From Cyanophora paradoxa CCMP329 (taxonomy: Eukaryota; Plantae; Glaucophyta): a stretch of 64,000 nt of DNA. How positions within the stretch are numbered: the stretch's first letter is position 1; the number at the start of each line of letters is the position of its first letter. A model generated the notes under the pieces. The model was given only the letters and a program-made list of their open reading frames with translations. It ran no database searches and was not told the origin of the DNA. The position numbers and the translations under genes are program-made. Of the stretch, positions 26,895-39,600 are shown one piece after another. The stretch is from the NCBI GenBank assembly GCA_004431415.1, contig QPMI01000666.1:1-64000 (forward strand). Direction: 5' to 3'.

Positions 26895-27540
26895 ACAGCG
26901 GAGGAGGTCAACGATGGACGGAGGGGGGCCGGGTTTCGCGGGCGGAATGGATAGGTGGAGGGCCAGCTGCGGGTCAGGCTCGTCTGTATGGGAGGAGTAC
27001 GTGCAGCCGATGTGGGGGCACGAAGTCACGCTGCTGGCGTAGAAGTTGAACAGGCCCTGGACCTGCGCCGGCGGGCGGGTGGGCGCGAGGTGGCGAGGGG
27101 AGGCGGGGATGGGACCGGCCTCGGTTGGCAGGTTGTCGATCACTGCGAAGAGGAACTCTTGCGCGTCCTGCTGCAACCCGCCTCTGAAGACTCTCTTGCT
27201 TCCCGCAACCGCTTCCTTGAGACGGTCGCCCGAGAGCCCGCGTTCGCCCGACGCCCCGAGCAGCTGCGCGGGGAGGCTGTCATTGCCTCACCCCGATCGG
27301 GGCGCGCGGGGAGGGAGGGGGAGGCGCGCACTTGGGGGATCAGTCGCTTGAGCTCGCGGTGGATGCCGCCGGCGGGGCCTTGGGCGGGGTCCAGGGAGAG
27401 AACGGTTTCGGCGAACTGCGGGAGGCTCACGATGCACTGCACGGGCGCGTTGATGTAGCACATGTTCGCCCCGGGCGGGTTCGGCAGCCCGCGGCGAACG
27501 CCGTTCTGGTTGCCCCCGCGCGTTCCATCAGCAAAGGGAT
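26895..27540 (-). pseudogene. Ubiquitin-specific protease (peptidase C19) N-terminal fragment with introns
   Basis: Cys box GLPNPPGANMCYINAPVQCI and QQDAQEFL box are in frame after removing an intron; CPHIGC follows; no His box. Confidence 0.8.
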
Positions 27541-28455
27541 GGCAGACGCAGCGGTAGAGCGATAGCGAGACGCGCAAAAAGTGGGCGGTGAGAGCCCGCA
27601 CGCGAGGAGGCGGTACGTATACACGGAATACAAACGCGCTCGATGACCGTAGCGTACGCGCGCATGTCGCACGGCCGCACCGAGGGGGTGTTCATCTGCG
27701 CCTGCGTTGTGAAAGCTGGTGCGCGCGTCAGTGTGCGCAAGTGCCGCTGAAACATTGACGATGCAGTACAGTACCTCGGCCTAGACGTATGCGGCTGGGA
27801 TTGATATCGGCGTGGCTAGCGCTGGTTTGTTGTGCGTGCAGGGGTACGCATGAGAACTCGTCCAACTTTCATCCAACTTTCGTCCAACTCTCAACTTACG
27901 TCATGTATCACGCAGTGGTCGGAGGGGATCGCCTACCGCAGTGCTATCATGGTATCACTGAGTCAAACGTTTGCGTCTTTCTTCTGCAAGTTTCTTCCAG
28001 TCCATATGCTATCAGCTGATAGCATGCATATATGGACTCTATATATAGCTAATTATAATGTTTCTCCACATACTCTTCTTCATCATCGGATTCCATGCAG
28101 TCCCGATCGCCTAGCCCACACCCAGACCAGCTGTGAGCTGCTGGTCCGAGTACTAGTCGAGCTGTCGAGCTGCTGCTGATCGCCGAGTCGAGCTGCTGGT
28201 CGTCGCGCTTGGGTCCTAGCTATAGCTATAGCGACTGCCAGGCTGCGCATATGCATGCTCCTCGCGCGCGCGCGCGCGCTCGCCGCCATGGCCTCCGGCA
28301 TTGTCCGTGCGTAGGTTCCGCGACACTCTGCGCCGGGTGAAGCCGCGAAGCATGGCCATGGGGCGCCGCGGCTCCGCTTGTCCGCGTGCTTCTAATCATC
28401 GTACCCCACGTCGGCCCGATCGGACCGATCCGAGCCGATCGGCCCGATCCCACGC

Positions 28456-30454
28456 ATGGTCAGCTTCGCCGCGAGCTTTGCCGCGAGCTGCGGCGCCCGG
28501 GATCGGCGGCTGCCAGCGCCGGGCACTGCTGAGATCGCCCGTCCGCCGGCAACGTCCGGCTATGCCGCCAGCCGCCGTAGCTTCCTCGGCCGGGTGCTAG
28601 CTGCGCCTTCTCTCTCGGCTCGTACGTTTGTCACACGCACGAGCGAGGTGCGCGGCCGTCTCGGTTCGGGATCCGCGCCGCCTGATCCGCGCCGCCTGAT
28701 CCGCGCGCCATACCAGCGCTTTCCCGGCCCAGTCGCTTCGGCGAACGCCTCTGCTGGCGATGCCGAGCGGGTCGAGCTGCGCAAAAACCTCGAGGCGCTC
28801 ATGGCCCGTCAGAATCTGACCAGCGAGGAGACGGCCGTGGCCATGGACGCCTTCCTCTCCGGCCGAGTGCGCTGCCTGCCCATCCGCTATTCCCCGTCAC
28901 TCACCCGCGGCATCGCGCTGCAGGCGGATCCGCACCAGACGGCCGCGTTCCTTGTGCTGCTGAGGGCGAAGGGTGAGACGGCGGCGGAGCTGGCGGGGAT
29001 GGCGCGCGCGATGAAGGCAAAGTCCGTGCGAGTCAGCTGCAAGTCAAAGGTTCTCGACATCGTCGGCACCGGCGGGGACGGCGCTTCCACTGTGAACATC
29101 TCGACTGCCGCCTCCGGTACCTTCTCAATCCAAGAGGCTCGCTCATGACACTGAACCGCTGCTCGCCAGTCCTTTGCGCGGCGGCGGGGGCGCGCATCGC
29201 GAAGCATGGCTCGAGATCCGTGTCAAGCAAGTGCGGGAGCGCAGACGTGCTGGAGGCGCTCGGGGTGAACGTCGAGCTCGGCCCCGAGGCCGTCGCGCGC
29301 TGTGTGGATGAGTGCGGCGTCGCGTTCATGTTCGCCCCCTTCTTTCACCCAGCGATGAAGGTAAACGCGTGGTCTCTGTCCGCACGCCAGCCCTCACAGT
29401 GCGCCCGTGCAGGCCGTCTCCCCCATCCGCACAGCCCTCAAGGTGCGCAGCGGGGGCCCGCCCTCGCCGGTTGCCGGTTAGAGCGATTGCCTGTCGAAGG
29501 TGCGGACAGCGTTCAACCTGCTGGGGCCGCTCACGAACCCCGCGGGAGCTACTTTCAAGGTGCGACGGGCGGTGAGGGTCGCCGGCCGTTGAGAGAGTGC
29601 CCTCTTGCAGGTGATCGGGGTCGCGTCACCGGAGCTCGTGGACCTGATTGCGGCGACTGCGCACGAACTCAGCGACTTCGAACGCGTTTGGGTGGTCCAC
29701 AGGCAACCGAGACCCTGCCTGCTGCCCTCAGGGTCGTGCCAACGCGTGCCCCCATTCACGCAGTTGTGGTACAGACGAATTCACGCCTATGGGACCTTCA
29801 GAGGTCCGCTTTTGCTTGGCTTTGAGTCTTTCTGCGCTGAATTGGCGCTCACCAAGGTTGTGGAGGTCACACGGGCTGGCGTCGGGCCGCGGTTCACAGT
29901 AGACCCGCTGGATTACGGCATCCCGCGGTGCTGGCGTCGCTGAATGTTTGGGCTTGCTTAGTCCAAACCCAGTTCACCGCAGGTGCTCTGTTTCTGATCT
30001 GCAGGCGGGGGAGGGGTACCGGGAGGATAATGCGCGCGCTCTTCGGGAGGTCTTCAGCGGTGCCCAGGTGGGCTCGATGGGCTTTTGACTCGGCCTCTGC
30101 TTTGTAACGATGCGGTGGCGGTAGGGGCCTATCGCGGATGCTATCGTCCTGAATGCAGGTGTCGGCCTCCACGTCGCCGGAGTCGCCAGCACTCTGAAAG
30201 AGGGCATCGAGCTCGCACGCGAGACCCAGGTCTATCCCTCCCCCCCTCCCCCTCGAAAAAGAAGAAGCACCCACACCCCGCTCTCTACCTTGCCCACCTT
30301 TTTTCCTTTTCCTACTCCCATCCCCATTCCGCTGCCCAACAGCCATCCCCAGGGGTACACAATGCACTGATCCCACTCGCAGCTGTCAGGGCGTCCCGTA
30401 GAAACCCTGGAGAAGTGGGCGTCCCTGACACAGACACTTGCGCGCTCTAGCTAG
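28456..30454 (+). CDS. trpD: Anthranilate phosphoribosyltransferase with a plastid-type leader
   Basis: [78 protein letters not shown]; leader MVSFAASF...RRSFLG. Confidence 0.95.
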
Positions 30455-30634
30455 TTGGATTTATGCCAACCTCTCAGATTCCGGAGTGAAGTGTGCTTCC
30501 AGCAGCAACTGGACCGCATTGCTCACCCCGAGCCATTACAGCGAAAACTCTTACTGGCTCACTGGATGGGCTGAGTTGGGGCTGGGAGGCGTGCACCTGC
30601 CTAAGGCTAGCGCCTCATTTCCCCGAGGAAACTC

Positions 30635-31989
30635 TGCGTTCAGCGTAGACAGAGCTAGCTAGCTAGCTGTGAACTACGCCTGTCTGGGCTACGCATAGGA
30701 AGGTGCGGCCCTCGCCGTTGCCGGCCCGGCCGTTGCCCCCCCGAGGCCCGTAAGGGGAGTAACGCTCCACCCCCGCACAGCCTAAGCCGCGTGCGTGTCG
30801 TGTGCAGCATCGCGTTGTCGTTCTTGGGCGGTGGGAGTTCCTGCAGGCCCAGCGGGGCCGGGACCCGTCGGTAGCCTGCGCGGGGGCGGCGCACGCGCGG
30901 AGGGGGGTCAGATCGGAATTGAATCGAAGCGCCCTGAAATCGAAATCGAAATCGAAGGCGCGCACTCGGGGAAAGCGCGAAAGCGCGATCCCTCCCTGGT
31001 CGATTCTGCAGGGCGGCGGAAGCGCGCAGAGGGGGGTCAGACAGCGCACGCGAGATCGGAGGCGGGGCGGGCACCCAGGGGTTCCAATCCACGCTCCGCG
31101 AGGGTAGATTGGCGGGCCTCCCAGTGCGAGTGCCTGCACGCGCGGGGTTGCGAACGCGGGCATTCCAACGCGGGCGGCGCGCTGCGTCGGCGCGGACCTG
31201 GGCGCGCTCGGCCTCGTCGGGGAGAAAGCCTGCAGCGTTGCGCGCGCGCGCGGCGTCAAACCGAGAGGACGCGCCGGCGCGCGAAGAGGAACTCTTGCGC
31301 GTCCTGCTGCAACCCGCCTCTGAAGACTCTCTTGCTTCCCGCAACCGCTTCCTTGAGACGGTCGCCCGAGAGCCCGCGTTCGCCCGACGCCCCGAGCAGC
31401 TGCGCGGGGAGGCTGTCATTGCCTCACCCCGATCGGGGCGCGCGGGGAGGGAGGGGGAGGCGCGCACTTGGGGGATCAGTCGCTTGAGCTCGCGGTGGAT
31501 GCCGCCGGCGGGGCCTTGGGCGGGGTCCAGGGAGAGAACGGTTTCGGCGAACTGCGGGAGGCTCACGATGCACTGCACGGGCGCGTTGATGTAGCACATG
31601 TTCTCCCCGGGCGGGTTCGGCAGCCCGCGGCGAACGCCGTTCTGGTTGCCCCCGCGCGTTCCATCAGCAAAGGGATGGCAGACGCAGCGGTAGAGCGATA
31701 GCGAGACGCGCAAAAAGTGGGCGGTGAGAGCCCGCACGCGAGGAGGCGGTACGTATACACGGAATACAAACGCGCTCGATGACCGTAGCGTACGCGCGCA
31801 TGTCGCACGGCCGCACCGAGGGGGTGTTCATCTGCGCCTGCGTTGTGAAAGCTGGTGCGCGCGTCAGTGTGCGCAAGTGCCGCTGAAACATTGACGATGC
31901 AGTACAGTACCTCGGCCTAGACGTATGCGGCTGGGATTGATATCGGCGTGGCTAGCGCTGGTTTGTTGTGCGTGCAGGGGTACGCATGA
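30635..31989 (-). mobile_element. Hairpin-ended element, copy 2 (internal deletion derivative of copy 1)
   Basis: Near-identical to both arms of copy 1; ~970 bp (26174-27144) replaced by ~19 bp of filler at 31262-31280. Confidence 0.8.
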
Positions 31990-32364
31990 AGACCAACGCA
32001 CGTGACTTTCGTCCAATTGCAACTTTCGTCCAACTTTCTTCCAATTGCATGGTACTTTCGTCCGACTTTCGTCCAATTTTCAAGTTTTCGTCCAGATCAA
32101 TTGCAACTTGGCAAGGACGTCCTAACTTAGTAATCGTAATCAGATCAAAGCTAAGACGTCCTAATTATGATCGTAATCGCAGAAGATCCAGGAAACTCTA
32201 GCTGCAGCTGGGTGTGCACCCGTGCAGGTTCCTCGCGGGCCTGCTACTAGTACTGTGCCAGAGGTCGACTGTACACAGTTGGGCGAATGAGGTCGTTTCG
32301 ATTGTTACAGAATGTCATTGCGCAAGCAAAGAAAAAGGAAAGGCAGAAATACAGCTGTGTGCTC

Positions 32365-34287
32365 TCACCGAGAGGAGACGACGGCGCCGCGGCCTGTTGC
32401 GGAATTCTGGGACCTAGCGAAAGCACTTGCGGCACTTGCGGCGCGGCGAGCTGTTTCGACCGGCGAAAGCTTGTCATCGACGATGGGACCGGCGACTGGC
32501 TGCAGCGACGACGGGATCGACGAGTACGACTCGATGGGGGGCGGCGGCGGTTTCCTGGCGACGCGCTGGTCCATCCACCGAATGACGTCTGTCATCACAC
32601 GCTGCACAGAGAGTCGGACACGTAGCACACGTATGGGCAACGGGGCGAGAACTGACCGACTTCTCTGGCTCGTGGAAAAGATCGTGGTACAGGCCACGGT
32701 ACAGCTGAATCGCCTTGTCCCGGGAAGAGGCTGATTGGTACAACTCCTTGGAGCCCGCAGGGTCCGTCGTGGCGTCCGCCGTGCCTGGTCGCCGCGCGTT
32801 GGCTGAGCCCGGATCGCATCCAACCGGCAGACCACGGCCTTACCGTGGCAGACGAGGAAAGGAAAGTGGATGTGGTGGAAATTGTTTGAAATGTTGTCCG
32901 TCACCTGTCGAAGTTCGTCGGCTCCGCGCCAAGACGCAGCAGGGGGGGACGAGATTGCCGGACCCTGATCAGTTCGTATCCCATCCTTGCCTTGACAGGA
33001 CCCTTGTATGTCAAGGGGTCGCGTTTCTTCGCGATGACTGCCCAGGTTGAAAAGATTATCAAAAAAAGGCGCAAGACGCCCGCTTCGACTGCACAGACCT
33101 GCTTTCTTGTCACGGCTGGAAGCGCCTCCAGGAAGGGGGGAGGCCCAGAGGTAAGGGAAGAGTTTCGCGGCGACACTGCAGCTGGTCAGCAAAGAAAAGA
33201 CTGGCAGGCCTGGACGGGGTTTGCGCACGGCGCAAATCTCTTCAGCACGGGGTTGGGATGGATCTTCACGGCAGGCGCAGAGAGCACCACCCCGTGGAAT
33301 GTGTCGCCGGCCGCCCTTGCAGTCTTTAGAACGATATCAGAAGACAGAAGAAAAAAACGAAGAGAAAAGTACGCGAGCATGCCTGAATGGCGATAGCGCC
33401 GCCCATCGAGTGTCTGGTGAAAAAGACGACATGATTTAATCGCGGAATTCGAAAACACGCGAATTCGAATGCAGGCACCCAATCATGAAGCAGGGCACGT
33501 TCGGATAGCGCGCGCGGACGCGGCGGACATGGTTCAGCGCGTCGTGTACGTAGAAATCGAAATTGTCCACGTATGCACGGAAGCCACCACTGCGTCCGTG
33601 ACCTGCAAGCGGAGAATAAGCCCCTAAATCAGCTTGCCAAGAAAAAAAACTGGGCTATGGGGGCTTGCCATGGTGATCCCACGAGTAGACCGCATAACCG
33701 GCGCGCGTGAACTCTTCTGCGACATGCTTGTAGCGCCCACTATGCTCGTTCAGCCCGTGCGCGACAAAGACGACCGCCCTGCAGAAGGTTCTAGTAAGTC
33801 GCAGACCTGCGCGCCGGCGCGGGGTAACGCACTTAGGCCTGCCCTTGGGCAGCCAAGCCTGCACAAACAGCTTCCTTCCAGTTACGCTGCACGCGTAACC
33901 GTGGTTGTGGCCAGGCTGGAAGGAAACCGGCGTCTCGCGGCACGTGGGTCGGCCAAAGAGGCGCTTAACGGGCGCGACCATGGCGTCGAAAATGTGATGG
34001 AGGTAGTGGTGTGGATGAGGATCGCTCAGTTCCTGCGGCGAAGAGCGCCCACGCCCAAGCTCGTGGAACTCCGAAGTGCGTTCCAGCGGAGCGGCCTGGA
34101 GGAAGCCGAAGGTCTTTTTGCTGCTTGCACGCTCGCTGGAAGCTTCCTCGTGCGACGCGCCCGACGATCCTTGCACAAAACCCGAGGCGCGGGCTTGCGG
34201 GCTGTGCTCAGCAGCTCCGCGGCGTGTGCGCAACCGCGGGGAGACTGCGGCCAGCGAGGCCTGCTGCCGGTTCCGCTTGCTGTCCAT
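32365..34287 (-). CDS. Monoglyceride lipase/lysophospholipase-type alpha/beta hydrolase
   Basis: LFVQAWLP, VVFVAHGLNEHSGRY, DHHGHGRSGG, spliced GHSMGG nucleophile elbow, VVLSAPA, PFLVCHG, YHDLFHEPE. Confidence 0.92.
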
Positions 34288-35687
34288 TTATGGCGATGAT
34301 TTACGGCGTTGGGCCGGTCCGCCGCGGCGTGGATAGAAAGGAAGATTGCGCGCGCCTTCGTCCGGAGCTGCACCAGGGCCGCTATTTGAAGTCTTTGCCC
34401 GCTGCGGCGAACACCTCGCTGCGGTGAACGGTGGTTGGAAGGCGGCTGCGCCGCCGAAACCGAGCTGATGGCTGATTATGAGGGGGTACAGGCGCGCGTA
34501 GCACTCCGGCTTCCTATATAGCCTAGTATGTCGCCGAGTCGCACCGCGGCCAGGCGTTGCTCTCGAGCTCCCTCCCGGCCTGACCGTACCGTAGTACGCG
34601 TTGCCCACGGCATGCGCAAGCCTTGTAATTCAATGACTAGCTAGCTGTAGCGCTCCCGGCCGCGCCGGCGCGCGCCCGGACGTGGCGGCGCCGACCCGGC
34701 GTGGCGCAGATCGCATGCGCATGCCATAATCAGTCTGAATGATCGTTCGTGGCCCCGGCGCATTGCGCGACGGCAGCCCGGCCGCGGACTGGAATTTGAA
34801 ATCTTATGTACGTATGAGTCTACTACTAGGCTAGGAGGTCTTCCGGTCCGGCGGCGGCGGCACGCTAGCGCTGCCGGTGTCCGGCGGCCGAGGGCCAGGT
34901 GCGCACTCGATTCACCCAGGCCTCGTACCTCGCATTCACTCACATTCGACCAGTGCGGCGACTGTGCGAAGCTCGCACTGGGTCACGGGGGCACGACGGT
35001 CGTCAAGTACGTATATATATACCTATGCAGCCTCGCAGCCGACCAGGAGATCGATTTCGACGTCATTCGCGAGGACATAGAGTGGCCTCTCCAAGGGCGG
35101 TTAACGTTCATCCAATTTTACTGCAACAGTGTCTGTCCTATGCAATGAAGTTCAGAACTTGAGCTCGCGATTGAAATCAAACTTTGAAACTTATTCAAAA
35201 AGAAATCGAAATCCAACCAAACTTCAAGGCTTTGCCTTTGGATCGTGTACCGTGGCACGCGGTTGCTCAAGCTCAGATTGAACTTCGATCTCAGGGCTTT
35301 TCAAGTTTCCAGTTTAATTTCGATATAGATCTGAACGCCTGGCGCCCCTGGCGTAGGCTTTTTTTTGGAAAGCGGTAATCTAATTTAAGACACAGTCCAG
35401 GGCCCCTGGCGTAGGCTGAATCCATGTCGGGTCCCCAAAGCCTGTAGGGGCTCCTGCCACCGCCCTGAGCCTCTCCCACCTTCCCAAGACATGATGCCGC
35501 ACCCGCCGCGCTGTCCCAGTGGCACTGGCTCCTGCAGCCGCGCAGGGCCAGTGGCACCTAGTGGCACCCAGTGGCACCAGTGGCACCCCTGAGAGAGCAA
35601 CGCAAGGCCCGGCTCGCCGGGTGCAAGCTCGTCGGGCTGAGCTCGACCTGTGTCGGCTCAAACAAGAGGGAACTTGGACAACCTCAT

Positions 35688-36443
<756 letters not shown>

Positions 36444-36672
36444 CCCCACGCCTCCTGCCCCGCTTCTGTGCAACTGCTGCCGTGCAAGAAGACCTACTGC
36501 GGCAGTTCTGCGGCAAGTTTTGTAACTTTTGCGGCGAGTTTTGGCACTGTTTTGCTGTAAGGGGGGTAACAAGTTTTCAGTTCGAGGTCATCCGCAACAC
36601 CAACCGCGGTTTGGCCCTTAGCTGCTTAGCCGCCTCGCTAAGCTGAATATAAGCCGCTCGGCCAACCCCCTC

Positions 36673-39600
36673 ATGGAGCCGGGCGCTTCCGACGAGCTCA
36701 GCGCCCTAGAACGGCAACGACAGCAGCTGCACGACCACGAGATCTCGCTCCTGCGGACGGAGCTTTACGCGCAGAGCGCGCAGGCTACCAAGCTGATGTC
36801 AGAGCTGTGCGTTTCCCGGCTGGGCCGCTGGGCGCCTCGCTCGGTGTGAGGACCTTCTAACGCGTACATGCCCGTGCCAGCGGCGACGCTCGAAGAAATA
36901 TCAGGCATCTCGAAGAGCGAGTAGCTCGACCCAGCGCCGGGGCGCCTCCCGTTGCTGAAGGCGAGTTCAGCGCGTTCTTCGGAATAGTTCAGCGCGTTCG
37001 GAATAACAGTTTGCGGCATCCGTGCCGTTGTACTCTTCGCGCCTCTCAGTCTTGCTGCAGCACCACTACAGCCCCGCGTCAGGATCCCGGAGCCGGCGCT
37101 GAGTCGTGAACGGGAGCTTGGACGCTCATTCGTGCAGCCGCGGGATCTCGACCTCAGCCGAGATCGCAGCCTGCTCACAGACCGCCTCACGCGCGAGAAC
37201 GCCGAGCTGACGGCGCAAGTGGAATCTCTGAAACGCGAGCTGGAGCGAGTGCGGGCGGCCGAGGTGCGGGCGGCTTAGCTATAGCGAGAGCCAGTCGGGA
37301 ACTGACGTCCAGCCAGCTTCGTCTGCGATCCGATGAGCAGCAGTGCCTCCAGCTCCAAGGTTTGCCGCCATGCGCACAGCCCCACCGGAAGTACTGAAGC
37401 TCCGTGGACAGAGGACGTCGAACTGCTGCGCGACGCGCTGACAACTGCGCGGACGGACGCGCTTGCGTACGAGAAGGACATTCTGCAGCTTCGCTCCGAG
37501 GCTCGCCCCTCTCTGCCTTGGGGCGCGGGCCATGCTGTGATCGCGGCCGTGCAGAACCGAATCCTGCGGACGCAGCTGGCGCAGCGGGAGGGGCGGGATG
37601 CGGAGGAGTCGCACCGGGCGCGAAACGAGGTCGTTTCGCTGGAACAGCGGCTGGCCGACGCGCACGCCGCACTGCGGGAAGAGCGCGAGCGCGCGGCAAG
37701 CCTGGAAGAGCAGCTCGCAGCCAAAGAGGAGCGGTCCGCTTCCCTGGGTGCAGCGCTCCGCAGCGAAGAGGCGCTCGTCGCCCGCTGTACCGCCCAGGTC
37801 GGGCCCCGTGCGCTTTTCGCGCAGCGCCGCTAACGGGGAGACGGCAGCTGGAGGCAGCGCGCGAACAGGCAGCGGCTGCGAGCGGGGCGGCACGGGAGGC
37901 GGAGGAGCGGGGCCGGGAGCTCAGGTCGGCGCTGCGGGCGTCGGAGCGGGCTCTTGAGGAGCGCGATGCCGATGCACGCGGCCTCGCCCGCGAGGCGCAT
38001 CCCGCCCGCCCGCACGCGCCCCCCGTCCACCTGAGAAACCGCAGAGCGAGAGCCTGCGGCGCGCGCTGGCGGCAGCGGAGGAGGAAGCGCGGCAGTGGCG
38101 GGAGGCGGCCGAGCGGGCGGAGGAGCGGCTGCGGGGGCAGACGGGCGAGGCCGAGCGCGTGCGCGGGGCGGCCCTGCAACTCGCGGTCGGTGGCCCGCCC
38201 CGGTACCGCGGCGCGGGCGATGGGGGCAGCAGGGCGGCTTCCAGGAACTGCGGGAGCGGTACAGCGCGATGCTGCGCGAGTCGGCGCGGCGCGAGGCGGA
38301 GTCCTCCTCCCTGCGCCGCAGGCTCCTCAGCATCGTTCGCGACGGCGACGCGCCCGGGACCCGCCCCGCGCACCCTGAAGCCGAGGCCCTCCTCGAGAAG
38401 GCGCGCGCTGGTCCCGCCCCGAGGCCCGCCGCAGCCTCACCGGCCCGCAGCTCGAGGGCTTCCGGGGGAGCGCTTCCCCGCCCCGGGCGCAGGGCACACT
38501 GGAGGACCCCCGCGTGCTTGAGCTGGAGCGCGGCGTCGAGCGGCGCGCTCGCCCGCCGCCGCGCCGACGCGCCCCTGACGCGCCCTGCAGGCTGCTCGCC
38601 GCCCTCGGGGAGAACGACACGAGCGCGCTGCGGGCCGACGAACAGCTTGTCGCTTCCGCCCGCGCCCTTCGCAGGCCCTCCACCCCGGATCGCCTCGCCC
38701 GCCCCCGCGGTCCGCCCCACGCCTGCGCCACCCGCACGGCGGCGACGCGGGCGCAGGCGAGGGGCGCGAGGTGGGAGGGAGCCCCCGGCGGGCGTTGCCG
38801 TCGCCCCCGCTCAGGCGCTACGGGCGAGATTCGCTCCTCGACAGCGAGCCGCGGCGCCGGCGGCCCCTTTCGGCCCCTCCGCCGCCTCGGCGGGGACCCG
38901 CAGAGGAAGGCCACGAGACGGATGGAGAGCTGGACGCGGCGCGGGCGTCTGACCGCGACATCGCCATCGACAACCCCGCCCGGCCCCGCTCCGCCCACCG
39001 GTACCCACCCCTCGCACGCCCTGCCCCGTCATGCTCCCCACGCCCGATCAACGTCCCGCAGATCCTCGGGGCGGGCGCCCGCGGCGGCCCCCGCGGCGCC
39101 GACCCCACCGCCGCTGTTGGCATTCTCCATCGCGACGCCATCCTGGGCGGCGGCAAACCCGCCGCCGCCGCCCCCCACGCTACTGCGGCCCGAGGCGCGC
39201 GTCGTGGGCCCCATGGCCCCCCCCACCCCCAAGTACCCGAACCGGGAGGAGATGGAGCCGGCTGACCCACTCCCGTCGCCGCCCCGCCACCCGGACTCGC
39301 TCCCCCCGCTGCCCCGCTCCCCCAACACGGGGCCCGTCGCCGAGGCGGCCCCGGCTCCGCGTCCGTCCCCGCCCTCGCGCCCTGCATCAGGCCCCCTCGC
39401 CGCCGCCTCGCCGCCCCGGCCGTCCAGCTCCCTCCAAGCGGGGGCAGGGCCATCGTCGCCTCGCCCGCGGCCGACCCCGCGGGCGGCCTCCCCCGCGCGT
39501 GGCGGCGACGCGGCGGGCCTGCTCGCGCCCCTTCACCGTGGAGACGTCCTGTGCGCGCCCTGCCGCCCGTCCGCGCCCAACCTGCTAGCGGCGCGACCGC

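Larger units (their letters stand above)
25548..27853 (-). mobile_element. Hairpin-ended non-autonomous element, copy 1, carrying a USP fragment
   Basis: 25548-26173 and 27145-27853 are near-identical to 30635-31989; fold-back structures at both ends; no transposase and no clear TSD. Confidence 0.8.

Noticed and set aside
25548-31989. LTR retrotransposon (TG...CA direct repeats around trpD)
   Set aside because: No PBS/PPT, gag or pol; outer flanks do not form a TSD; the enclosed gene keeps its introns.
35515-35590. CAGTGGCAC short tandem repeat as a regulatory array
   Set aside because: About five slippage-type copies downstream of RPB6 with no further support.
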